Source: Eledone cirrhosa (lineage: Eukaryota). Taken from it: DNA of 64,000 nt. The translations under genes and the position numbers were made by a program. The DNA lies in assembly GCA_964016885.1 (NCBI GenBank), contig OZ024742.1, forward strand, positions 270,940,001 through 271,004,000, read 5' to 3'. Below the pieces are notes generated by a model. It saw only the letters and a program-made list of their open reading frames with translations, did not search any database and had not been told where the DNA came from. Position 1 is the first letter of the stretch, and the number at the start of each line of letters is the position of its first letter. Shown one piece after another: positions 12,574 through 24,637 of the stretch.

Positions 12574-13931
12574 GTGAGTTTTCTCTGTTTTTTTGCACTT
12601 TTGGGATTCCTTCATCTTCGCTGCTGGAAGACAAAGGGTCTGTGTCTGTGAGTGTCTCTGTGTCTGTGTGTGCGTTTATTTTTTTTTGTCTATGTATATA
12701 GTTGGGGGGGGGTAGGGGGAGTGGGAGAGCTTTCCTCGTTTTCTCCTTGGATTGGTTTTGGTGTTGGTGGTGATCCGGCTGCTTTTGATGTTGGTGTCCG
12801 TGTTTTTGTTGATGTTTTTTTTGGTGGTGGTGGTGGTGCAGCTTTCCGTGCTGACACTGGCGTTGGCAACAAAGGAGGTTTGCGACCCCCTGCATTTTTG
12901 CGCTGAGGGCAGAAGGCTTGAAGATGCGTGGCTTCCCCGCAAACGAAGCAGCGTGGCCTACTTCCGTCAATCATTAGTTGGATTGTTGTCCCGTCCTGCA
13001 GGCGGGCAAAATCTGGGATGTTATTTATATCCTCCGGTTTCATTTGGAGAAGAATCTCCAAATCCATTCCGGACCAGTCTTCTCTCTCTGTCCTTTTGAT
13101 GTCCAGGAGGGTGGTGTCTGTCCCCTCCTCGATTACGCATCCCAGCAGCCATCATATGTTCATTCCTGGTGGGATGCTGGGAATGCGTACCTTCACTCTC
13201 CTTTTACCCATGTAGAACGGATGCATGATATTGCGTTCCGTTCTGCAGGTGGTCACCGTGTGCTTAATAGCGAGGGCCTCGGTTTTGAACAGTACCGAGA
13301 TGGTACCGAACTGTTTGCCTCTTGCTTTGTACACTATGTTACTTCCGATGTACTCAAAAGCAGCCTCTACCTCTGCTTGGCTCGCAAGTTCCACTTTTCG
13401 TGTCTGCACCGAAATACATCGAAAGAGCACCGTCCTCCTTTGCATGGCCGCTATTGCCTCGTCCGGGATGGTCAGGTTTGCCCAGGACTTCTCCCGTTTA
13501 ATTAGCCTCCACGCTTTGGCCAACTGTTCGTCTTTATCGCTAATATCAATATCGATATTCAATAAGCGCTTTGTTTTTGCTGCTGCAGCAAATGTGGTGT
13601 TTCTGATGCTCTTATTGTTGTTCTTGTCATTCTTGCTGTTGCCACCGCCATCCTTGTTTACATTGAAGCTGTCGGTGTTTTTGTCGTTATTGCTCTGAGT
13701 TGTTGTTGTTGTGGTGGTGGTGGTGGTGGCGGTGGTGGTGATGTCGTTTTCAGATGATACTGCTGCTATGCCAGAAGGTTGTGATGGTAGTTTTTTAGTT
13801 TTGCCTTCACATTCAGTAGAGTGGATGACAGGCATGACTGTAGCCGTCGTAGTCGTGGTGAAATCTGCAGTGGTTGCCTTTAAACTTTTGACCTGAACGT
13901 TGTTTACTGTTTCAAGGTGGAAAATTTCCAT
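11943..13931 (-). pseudogene. Tx1 family C ORF1, frameshifted
   Basis: ORF 13152-13931 and ORF 12690-13067 with RPRCFVCGEATHLQAFCP (CCHC). Confidence 0.85.
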
Positions 13932-14168
13932 AACTTTCTTTTGGTGGGGAAGCGATTTTTTTCGAAGTTTTTAAAATATATCTGAATATTCGGGCTTAAA
14001 GCCTGAATATTGAGAGGTATCCCTCTCTTTAAATCAAGATGTGTACCTTAAGTTTCGTTAATGACAAGAAAATACAAAAAAAAGACACTTTAAAACAGCT
14101 TAAAGCTACGAACCTTTTCACCCGCAGACTTGTCTGTCTTCACACATGTGCGGCCATATAATAATAAT

Positions 14169-17100
14169 ACCCCATCACCTCTCTGTGTACACTAAACACA
14201 ACAGCCAGATAACGGCAATTTCACCACCACCACAACCAATCACAACATAATAATGATAATAATAAATACTATTATTATTGTCCCAAGTTTTAACAAAATG
14301 TTTAACCCCATAGATTCACCGAACGGACATCAGTAACGACAACGCCACCCATCCATCATTACTACCACTATCCCATCACCGCCGCCACCACTCCTTCATT
14401 GCTACCACCGCTACAACACCACCATCACTACAGTAATACGAACACATCACCACCCCCACTGCCATCATTACTACTTCTATCCCACCACCGCCGCCACCAC
14501 TCCTTCATTGCCACCACTGCTACAACACCATCACTACAGTAATACGATCACATCACCACCACCACTGCCTCAGTATCGACATCACCACCACCACTGTCTC
14601 AGTATCGCTACCGCCGCTATTCTCTATTCTCTCCCATTGCTTCCTGCTAGTTGCTGCCACCACATTATAGAATTCCTACTAACCAAAGGAAGGCATCAAA
14701 ATATAGAGATAGACTCAAATAAAAAAGAAAAAAACAAACATCAAAACCAAAGCAGCACAGCAACAACAGCAAAAAAAGAGAAAAACAAACATAGAAAAAC
14801 AAAAACAAAAAAAAACGTAAAGAAAATAAGAATGAAGAGAGAAACAAGCGGACGGACAGAGAAGAGAAGGGAAAAAACTAAGTCAGACATTCGAACACTA
14901 TATTACAATGAAACTTATGCTTATTCATTTTTGGGGTTTTTTCTGCCTGTGTGTTTGGTTTGTTTATTTGTGTTCGTCTACAGCGTGGTGATAATTCCAC
15001 ACAAGAGCCAAGTGGATCGGCGCAACCACCGGAGACGGTGAATCCACAGATGGTTATGTAACCATACGTTCGCCAATCCTCGATAAGAGTGTTTAAATAT
15101 CGAACCTAAACAGTTCGAATAATGGTGAAATGGAGACTAGAACGTCATGTGACAGACTCTCAGCCAACAGGTGCTCCCTGGCGCAGCAGCAGGAACCTGG
15201 CTGTCAACCATATACTGCTGGTGTCGGAGGAAGAAGAAGAAGGAAAGGGACCAGAACCAACTGGACGAAAGAATTGAATAGAACTGTTATGCAATGTTAC
15301 CTGAAAAGTAACCCCAAGGAGAGGGGGCTATAGGAGACGGATGCATAACATCTGGAACGAGATTGGTCTATTTAAATTAGATGAACAAAAATTGGCCGGG
15401 CAGGTTCGGGTAATAAGAACTAATGGGTGGATAAGCGAGCTGGAACTGGAGGAACTGAGCAGAGAGATTAGCTTGGAGATGGAGGGTGGAGTATGCCAGG
15501 CAAATGAGCCAGTGGGAAATGAAGGAGACAATGATCTGAATACTGAGATAAATAATACCTGGAAACGAGATACGGCCAGTGAGGAGATGAATGCTGACGG
15601 GCTAGGACAAGATTCGGTTGACATCCTAAATTTAGTGGTAGATGAATTGAACAATGACAGTGGGAGACCTATGAACCTAAGATTTGTAGACAGGAAAAAG
15701 TTAAAAGAAACAATAGCTGAGGTAAACAAAGTCATCCCATACCTTGAGGCAAGGAGCCTTCACCAGTGCAACAATATCCTCAAAGCAACAGCAAATACGG
15801 TGAGGAAACTACTTGGTATAAAACGAGAGGAAACAACAGACAAGAAAGAGCAGAGCCTTGGTGGAAGAAACGACTGAGTGGTCAAATCAGGGAAATGAGA
15901 AATGACATTGGAAAGCTTGAGTCACTACTGAATGGGACACTAAAAAACATAGGCACTAAAAATAGACTGGAAATAAAGTACAAAACTAGGAGGAAAAAGC
16001 TAAATATTATCATAGAGGAACTGAAGCAACGCATTGTAGCAAAGAGTGCAAAAATCAGGCGATCCGAGAACAGAGGCAGTCAGTATAAACAGAACCGCAT
16101 GTTCGACAACAACCAGAAGATGTTGTTTGGACAGCTTGAGGGGAAATAAGGAGGCAACGACATGATCCCTGAGGCGGAACAAACTAAAACATTCTGGAAA
16201 GGAATATGGGAGCAGGATGTTAGACATAATGACCAGGCAGGGTGGATTGAGACAGTACAGAGGGAGATCGGTGAGCAGGCACACCAACAAACTGATTTGA
16301 GTATCACAGTTGAAACTCTTAAGGGGCAGGCCAAAAAACTAACCAACTGGAAATCACCAGGCCCAGATGGTGGGCAGGGGTATTGGATTAAAAAATTAAC
16401 ATCCCTCCACCCGAAACTGACCACCATGTTCAATGACTGCTTGATGTCAGGTGAGGTACCAGAGTGGTTGACAAAGGTACCACAGTTCTGATAATGAAAG
16501 ACCGAATCAAGGGTAATGATGTTACCAACTATAGACGTATCACATGTCTGTCCGTAATGTGGAAACTGCTGACGAGCATTGTGTCTGAGGAAATCTACCA
16601 TCACCTCCACACAAACAACTTGTTACCGGACAAACAGAAAGGAGGCCGAAAGAAGTCACGTGGTACAAAGGACCAGTTGCTTATTGATAAGATGGTAATG
16701 GGGAATTGCAGGAGGAGAAACACTGATCTTGCCATGGGATGGATAGACTACAGAAAGGCATTTGACATGGTGCCTCATTCTTGGATCACCAAAACCCTGG
16801 AGATCTTCAAGGTGGCAGATAATATCAGACAGTTGCTGGGCAAAAGTATGAGCTCCTGGGAAACAGAGTTGACATCAACTGGAGAATCCTTGGGAAGCGT
16901 GAAGATCAAGAGAGACATCTTCCAGGGAGATAGCCTCTCCCTCTGTTGTTTATCCTTGCACTGATACCCCTGACAATTATGCTGCGAAAAGTGAGAGCAG
17001 GATACAAGTTGGGAAAGTGAGAGCTTACCATCAATCAGCTCCTCTTCATGGACGATCTTAAGCTCTTCGGGAAGAGTGAGAAGGAGTTGGATGTGCTGGT

Positions 17101-18556
17101 TGACACTGTCCGTATTTTCAGCAGTGATATATGTATGCAGTTTGGTATTAGTAAGTGTGGAGTCATTGTGATGAGGAGGGGTAGGTTGAGCAGAAGTAAC
17201 GGAATCCAGATACCAACAGGTGATATGATAAAGGAAATTGACTCTGAGGAAGGATACATGTATTTGGGCGTTCTGGAGGCTGATGGCATAAAGAACAAAA
17301 AAATGAAGGAATTGTTAAGAACTGAATACATTCGGAGAGTAAGGGGCGTATTGAAGTCACATCTGAACAGCAGGAATGCCATAAGCGCAATAAATTCCCG
17401 AGCTGTGTCTATTATTAGGTCAGTGCGGGAATTCTGAGATGAAATGTTGCTGAACAAAAAGAAATGGATAGGAAGACTAGGAAGCTATTGACTATCTACA
17501 ACATGTTCCACAAGAGGAGTGATGTCGATAGACTCTACCTAAGGAGATCTGAGGGTGGAGGAGGTCTTATCAGCATAGAGGACTGTGTTCAGATGGAGAA
17601 AAACAACCTACACAAATACGTGACTGATAGTAGGGAGCCAATGCTCAGAACTGTACTGAAGGAGGGGACAATAGGCCAGGGGATGTCCAAGGAGGAAATA
17701 ACATCGAGGAGGAAGAGCAGCCTTCAGGGAAAATCCCTTCATAGTACCTTCTTTGAGAAAACTGAATTTAGAGATCCACAGACATGGAAATGGTTGAAAA
17801 GAGGAGACCTCAAAAAGGCTACAGAGGGAATGTTAATGGCTGCGCAGGAGCAGGCCCTCAAAACGAAGTGGTTGAAACACCATATTTACAAGGAGGAGGC
17901 TAGCCCACTGTGCAGGATCTGTGGAGAGAGAGAGGAGACTGTGGCTCACATTGTATCCGAGTGTAAACACCTAGCCCAGACCCACTATAAGGGCTGGAGA
18001 CATGATGTGATGGGCATGGTGATCCACTGGCACCTATGCAAAGTAAACAATTTGCCACATTCTGAGAAATGGTATGAGCATAAGCCAGAGGCGGTGATGG
18101 AGAACGATCAGGTGAAGGTGCTGTGGGATTTTAGGATACAGACGGACAAGAAACTGGAACACAATAGACCTGACCTGCTGGTTGTGGACAAAGAAAAAAG
18201 ATCGTGTCTGATTGTGGATGCGTCCTGCCCATTCGACACGAGAGTGCAAGAGAAGGAGAGGGAGAAAATTAACCGATACCAGGACTTAAAGTTGGAGGTA
18301 AAAATGATTTGGAACTACCATGAAGTCAAAGTGATCCCGATTGTCATAGGCGCACTGGGGACTATCTCCAAAAGTTTCCAGGGATGGTTAAAGAAAATCG
18401 GGCCCTTCACGCTTTTTGGAACGCTTCAAAAGGCATGCTTGCTGGGAACAGCAAGAACCCTCGGATACGTCCTGAATATCTGAGGCCGCAGGTAGTGGCT
18501 TGATATTCATTCCAACGGACTTTCCAGTTAACTAACATCAATGACTGAGATTCAAG

Positions 18557-18557
<1 letters not shown>
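14169..18557 (+). mobile_element. R4/Dong-clade retrotransposon, family B copy 1 (5' end shorter by about 320 nt)
   Basis: Broken single ORF 15130-18483 with RTNWTKELN N-terminus, WKSPGPDG, QGDSLS, FMDDLK, CRIC..H....C, RHD, NRPD..D; ends TTCAAGG(AAT)n. Confidence 0.92.
15130..18483 (+). pseudogene. Dong-type RT plus restriction-like endonuclease ORF, multiple frameshifts and stops
   Basis: ORF pieces 15130-15333, 15341-15877, 15766-16149, 16162-16491, 16464-16964, 17048-17437, 17464-18483. Confidence 0.9.

Positions 18558-18617
<60 letters not shown>
18558..18617 (+). repeat. (AAT)n tract
   Basis: Perfect run joining Dong-B1 and Tx1-B2 tail-to-tail. Confidence 0.97.
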
Positions 18618-18618
<1 letters not shown>

Positions 18619-18858
18619 TTTTCTTTATTAACCACAAGGGTTCACATAAAGTAGACATTAAGGACAGTACAGGACAATACAGGACGGTACAAATGGGCAT
18701 TTCTGCGTGTAAAAAAACAGGTTGAAATAAAATAACAAAGAACAATTCCCCAATAGGGGGGAGACTTCCAAGGGACATTTGTGGAGAAAGCCCATTAAAA
18801 GACCACAGTGGCCCTGACCACCAGGGCAAGTGCCCTCTCCCAGTTTTCCACCTTTAAT

Positions 18859-21800
18859 TTACAGACACATACTCAGAGAAGGCCCATTCATTCGGGCCAT
18901 ACTTGCTTCTCTCACCCATCTTTCAACAAAATGCTGGGAAGAGAGCACTTCCCTCTCTACCCTGATTTTCCTTTTCAAATGAAATTTGAAAATGTTAATC
19001 AGGGCATCACCGAAGAGGTAAGTGCTCGTCTTCAGCCCTTTCAAACGTGTCCACCATACTATCTCTTTCGCCATGGCCACCAGACAGATAAAAACTGCCT
19101 GCCCTTCCAGGCTAAAGGAAGGGGGCGGGGCAATCCTCACGATGGACTCAGCTGATAGCTGGATCCGTCCTACACGTGACAGCAGGTGTTCGACATAAAC
19201 CCACAAGTCAGCAATGCTCGGACACTGGACGAGTGCGTGCAGGACGGTTTCGTCGCCCTGCGCGCATCTCGGACATGCCCGGCTGACAGCACCTCCATGC
19301 CTGTAGAGTTTATCCCGAACTGGCAAAGCTCCTCGGTAGCACTGCCAGGCCAGGGATTTCTGGAAGTTGTCCATAGGCCCCGGCCCGAAAGTCCTTCCGA
19401 AGAGATTGGCTAGTTGATTTTCGTCGACGCCTAGAGTTTCTCCAAGTACGTCGTCGCTCTTCCCCTCCACTAATCCCCTATAGAACGCCAAGGTGGAGTT
19501 TCCACCGATCACATTGCCCGATTGGTCGAGGGCTGTGAGCGCCTGAAGACATTCCTGTCTCCAAGCGATCCCTCTCGGTCTTCGCTTGACCCAGGACTGC
19601 AGCTCCGTCAAGGAGACGAGCTGGGGAAAAACGTGTCTTGCAAACGGCGACCACACCTGATCACCGTCGAGGAAGAGGTGGAGATGTCGTAGCCTGAGCG
19701 CCTGTCTGCGCATCATCAGCCACGGCATGCCCAGCCCTCCACGTAGCGGGTGTTGACAGCAGATGGACCGCCTGACCATCGGAGCGCGTCCCTTCCACAA
19801 GAAGCGAAAGAGCAAACGCTCCAGCGCAGTCAGGCGGGGCTTAGGACAAGGTACGACGGTCAGGCGGTAGTAGATGACGGATGCGATGTACGCATTCGCC
19901 ACCTCCGCTCGACCTTTCAGGGATAGCTTCCTCTCGGCCCATTTCTGGGTGAGAGAAGCCACCCTGCTCGTCACCTCGTCCCAGTTTTTGTCCGTCTGGA
20001 GGTCTGGACCGAACCAGACCCCTAGCAATTTAACCGGTCCGTCCGTCCAGCGCCCGACGACGCTGTTGGACGGTATGGACCTGCCTCTCCAGGTGCCGAG
20101 CTGCAGGCCCACTGACTTTTCCTGGTTGATCATTGCTCCTGTCACCGCTTCGTATTCTCTTAGTGTAGTGCCGATCGCCTCGATGTGTTTGGCGTTCGAC
20201 ACCACTACGGTGACATCGTCGGCATATGCTGACACGGATCTTCCGCATCCTAGTTTGCGCGGAACCCCCCTCAACGTCTCCAGTTTGTGCAGTAATGGCT
20301 CGAGAGTCAATACGTACAATAGGGACGAGAGCGGACATCCTTGGCGGACCGAGCGCATGATGTTGAACGGTTCCGAAAGGTGACCGTTCACTCTCACTAC
20401 AGAGCAGATGTCGCTGTGCATGGCAGCGATCCAGCCTCTGAAGACGGGCCCAAAGCCAGCCGCCCTCAGGACTGCCGCTAGGTAACGATGGTCGACCCTA
20501 TCGAAGGCTTTCGACTGATCTAAATTGATCAAAGACCCACCCGTGCCAGGTTCCCTAGCTACCCTCTCTACGATGTATCGCATGAGGTGGAGGTTGTCGT
20601 GGATGGATCTGTCGGGAATGGCGCATGTCTGTGCCTCTCCCACCAGACGACCAACGACAAGCGCCAACCTCTTTGCTAGCACCTTGGCCAAAATCTTGAA
20701 CTCTGTGTTTAGCAGAGTTATGGGCCTAAAATTATCTATGTTATCCCCCTTGTTCGGATCCTTTCTCAGCAGCGCCACCGCTCCTCGGCTCACAGAGCTG
20801 GGAATTCTCCCGTTCTGTTGCCAGTTGCAGTAGACGTCCGCCAAGAGGCCTCCGAACAAGTTTGGCATTTGTACGTAAAGTTCATAGGGCAGACCATCCA
20901 AACCAGGCGATTTACCCCTTGTGCAACTAGTCATTGCATCCCGTACTTCAGCGGTTGTTATCGGCTTTTCGCAACACTCCGCCTCAGTGGCCGAAAGCCG
21001 CGGCAGTCCGTCGAGGTAGACACTAAAGTCCATCCCTCGATCCAGCCCGCCACTGCCCCCGAACAGTTGAGCGAAGTGTCGCTGAAAAGCTTCACACATT
21101 TGCCCGGGATCTAGTAGCATGCGCCCGTCGTGGTCCACCAAAGACCGGATCGTGGCTTTGTTGCCACGACACGCCTCCGCCACTCGGGCCCATTGAACGG
21201 CTTTCGTCCCCTCGTGTCTGAGAGCACGCACCCTAGCTCTGACAACGCAGCCTTCGTGCTTTGCATTGAAGAATTGGTCAAGGGCCAATTTCGCCGCAAG
21301 TACGTCGGTCGCGATGCCTTTGCTAAGCGCCTCATCTAATTTTCTAACTAATTCTCCCTCTGCTCTATTTTTCTCTATTGCTAAAGTCTTACTAAACCTA
21401 ATGGACTCTATTCTAATTGCTCTTTTCAGAGCAAACCACCACTTGTTGTTGACGATGGCCCCCGTCAACGCCCGCTTAACTAGTTCGTTAATCCGGTCTC
21501 TGTAGGCCTTGCGCGCTGGTAAGGACGCGTTTAGCTTCCAGTAGCCGTGTCCTCGTCTATGAAGCCTATCTAAGTCAAGCACACAGATCACGAATTTGTG
21601 ATCCGTGTAGCTGACTATCTTGAATTGTGGACAGCCTATGCTAGACCTATCTATTTCCCTACAAAATACTCTATCTAGATATGATCTGGATGACCCTATG
21701 CGATTTGTCCAAGTCCATTGGTACATTCGGGAAATCCATTCGGTACCTGTCAGACAGTTCAAAACGTCTGAGCAGGTTGGTGAGACTCTTGCACCCTCCT

Positions 21801-22407
21801 TCCCTATCCACTAATCCCACACAATCCCAGCGTGCATCTAAGATCCCGTTCCAATAAAATGATGTGTTTTCTCTATAAAGACCTACCTCATGCTGGCATT
21901 CCATCGTAGCAACATATTTTCATGACTCCTCAACTGCAAGCTGTTGCATTTTTTGTACGTTCACATAAAGTAGGTTCACATAAAGTCGCCCACTAACATT
22001 AAAGAGCGGGACGTTCCAAGAAAGGTCTCCAGACGCCGGAAGAAATCAGGCCGCCCTGCTCCTGTCGGGGCATAGACGGCCACTAACCTGGAAGCTTGCC
22101 CGTTTCCGCTGGTCACGTCCAGCACCACCAACTTACCTTCTGGGTCCAGGAAGATGGCCCGTATAGCAAGATCCAAACCACTCCGAAAAAGCACAGCAAC
22201 TCCTCCCCCCGATCCCGGACGGCTGTGAGATGCGTAAACATCGTAGCCACCGAAGATCGGTGCGAAAGCCTGTGCTTCGGATATTTTGGTCTCGCTGATG
22301 ACCACTACATCTATGTTTAGTGACCTGAGGTCGTTGAGCAGGTGGCCCTGCTTCCATGACTACCCCAAGCCACGCGCATTTATGCTGCCTATTCTGAGTG
22401 AGGTCAT
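18859..22407 (-). pseudogene. Tx1 ORF2; RT and ZnF open (967-aa ORF), APE disrupted by a 131-bp insertion
   Basis: ORF 18859-21762 (TDH, SAYADD, CPRC..H...C); APE N-terminus in 21976-22305; insert 21854-21984 splits the GDWN motif. Confidence 0.9.
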
Positions 22408-22441
22408 GTTAAAAAGGAGTGGAAAAGATGGGAAAGACCAC

Positions 22442-24380
22442 TTACCTTACTTCTCGTAGGGGAAGGACGGTTTTTCCATCCTTTTCACTGCTTGTGGCCT
22501 CCTCAGGAAGGATGTCCTTATAAATCCTCCTGGAGAGTGCTTGTCGGAAGTCTACGATGTCTTTGGGGAATTTTTGTTTTAGTGTCATGTACGTTTTCTG
22601 TGTGATGCGAGTGATTTGTATGTGTGGAGGTGGTGTGAATTTTGGGGTTGTTGTGTAGTCTTTTTCTGTGATGCTGGTGTTGTGTTGGATGTAGTGTAAT
22701 AATTGCTTGTTGTTCAAATTTAATGCTGTGTAGTGTGTATCGTTTTGGTTGTTTTGTTTTGTTTGCGTTTGTTGCGGGTTTGTTTCTGTTTCGCATTTTG
22801 GTGACTTTTGTGGTGTAGGTGATGGTGGTGTTGGAGTTAATAATGGTGATGGTGTTGGTGTTTGGGTTGATGGGGTTGGTGATGCTGGTGTGGATGGTGG
22901 CATATCTGTCCTAACTTTTTTGTTTCTTAGTTTATTTGTTTCCCTCTGTATTTTGTTTTTGGAGGGGGAAGGAAGAGAATTTTTTCTTTTTTGGTTTCTT
23001 TTTTTTTTCCGGATATCGTTTCCCACTCCTCGTCGTCACAATCTGTCTCCAGTTGTGATAGGCCGGGGAGTGGAAAATCCTCCACAGGCGTTAGTTTTGG
23101 TTGTGGCGTGGTGGATGGTGTAGGCGCTGGTGCTAGTTCTGTTAGTTTTGCTACTGTTGCTGGGGTTGTTGCTGTTATAGTTGCTTCTGTTGTTGCTGCT
23201 ACAGTTTTTGCTGACATCTCTGCTACTGGTGGTGTTGATGGTTGTGTCACTGGGGTGGGTAGTAGATGTGGCCTCAACCTTTTAGCCTGAGGGCAGAAAG
23301 CCCTTAGGTGGGTTCCTTCACCACAAACGACACACCTAGGTCTTCTGCCCTCGACAATTACCGTGAGGTGGCTGCCGTCAGTGAGGTCTATTACCTCTGG
23401 GATCTCCTCAATGCTTCTTTGGTCCGCTTGGATCAGGAGCTCCATCCCAGATCCGGACCAGTTCTCCTGCTTTTCTTTTGCTATTGCTATTATTTTTGTG
23501 TTGGCTTCGATGCCGGCGAGGACGGCCGCTATTAGCCAGGGAATTTCGATGGACGGTGGACGTGGGTCACCCTGATCTTTACGAGTCTCTGGCCACAATA
23601 GCTTGGGACGAGTGTGAAGTCGTCACTTCTTAATGGGGCCATGGAGTGTTCTCTAGCCTCCTCTGGTGTTTCAAAGAACACGTCCACGGTTCCATACTTT
23701 TGCCCACGTCTGATGTGGGTTTTTCTTGCCCACACATGTCCCAAAGCTTTTTGGATTTGGGACTCGGATGCCCGTTCCACTCGGCGCGATTTTACATTTA
23801 TTGTTCTATACGACACGGTGCATAGGCGCCGATGCTCCATTTTATTAGGTGGGGGGAGGGTGAGGCTGACCCTGTACCCATCTTTCTTTACCATTTGTTT
23901 GGCATTTTCTAAATCCTCATGAGTTACCGTAAATGCTTCGAACTGTTTTGCTACTCTGGCGAAACTGAGGGTTTTTTTTATAATGTCATTGTTGTTGTTG
24001 TTGCTATCGTTAATATTAATTTTAGTGTCAGTTGTGGTGGTGGTGACGTCAGTCGTCTTTGGTGGGGAAGAGTCCATTTTGCTTGCTTTCATTTCGACAT
24101 CACGAGTTAATTTATTTTTTTCTTCTTTTGTTTCTGTTGTCGCGGTGGTGGTGGGGGTGGTGGTTGTCGCGGTGGTGGTGGTGGTGGAGGCTTTAACACC
24201 TGCAGTCATTGGTAATGGCGGGAAATGTATGTCTGCCTGAAACAAATTTAAAATATTGCTACTGCTTATATTTTGTGTCGTGTTGGCAAACGTAGTAACA
24301 TTTACAATGGTGGTGTCGGTGTGAGGTGTTAATTTGTGAGGAAGGCTTTCAGCTGCTTGATGCAGAGGTGAATTATCCAT
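22442..24380 (-). pseudogene. Tx1 family B ORF1, two frameshifts
   Basis: ORFs 23532-24380, 22927-23598 (RRPRCVVCGEGTHLRAFCP), 22442-23026. Confidence 0.87.
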
Positions 24381-24589
24381 TTTTTTTCAAAGAAATTTTT
24401 TGATAATAATAAAGGTTTAAATTTTGGGCACAAGGCCCCAATCTTTTTGCGTGTCCTTTTCGGAAAACAATGTATGTGCGCTTATATATGGTTAACAATA
24501 AACATTTTCCATAAATGGCAATTTTTAACAGACGGAAATAACAAACCTTTGCGGAGCTCACGATGATACGATTTACTACGTAGGTCGCC

Positions 24590-24633
<44 letters not shown>
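24590..24633 (+). repeat. (AAT)n tract
   Basis: Perfect run at a head-to-head Tx1/Dong junction. Confidence 0.97.

Positions 24634-24637
<4 letters not shown>

Larger units (their letters stand above)
8239..14156 (-). mobile_element. Full-length Tx1 element, family C
   Basis: Same architecture as family B but clearly diverged; 3' end CCCTTGTGGCTAAGAAATGAAATC(ATT)n; 5' end abuts a short AAT run at 14158-14168. Confidence 0.92.
18618..24589 (-). mobile_element. Full-length Tx1 element, family B copy 2
   Basis: Colinear with 2466-8139; AAT on both sides. Confidence 0.93.

Noticed and set aside
14508-15041. Pro/His/Lys-rich ORF in the Dong-B leader (also 27478-27975) as a possible ORF1
   Set aside because: Low-complexity CA- and A-rich DNA lacks stops by composition; start and frame are not consistently kept between copies.
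15069-15130. HDV-like ribozyme suggested by TCCTCG and a P2-like pairing
   Set aside because: Could not build P3, P1 or P1.1; kept only as a generic structure.
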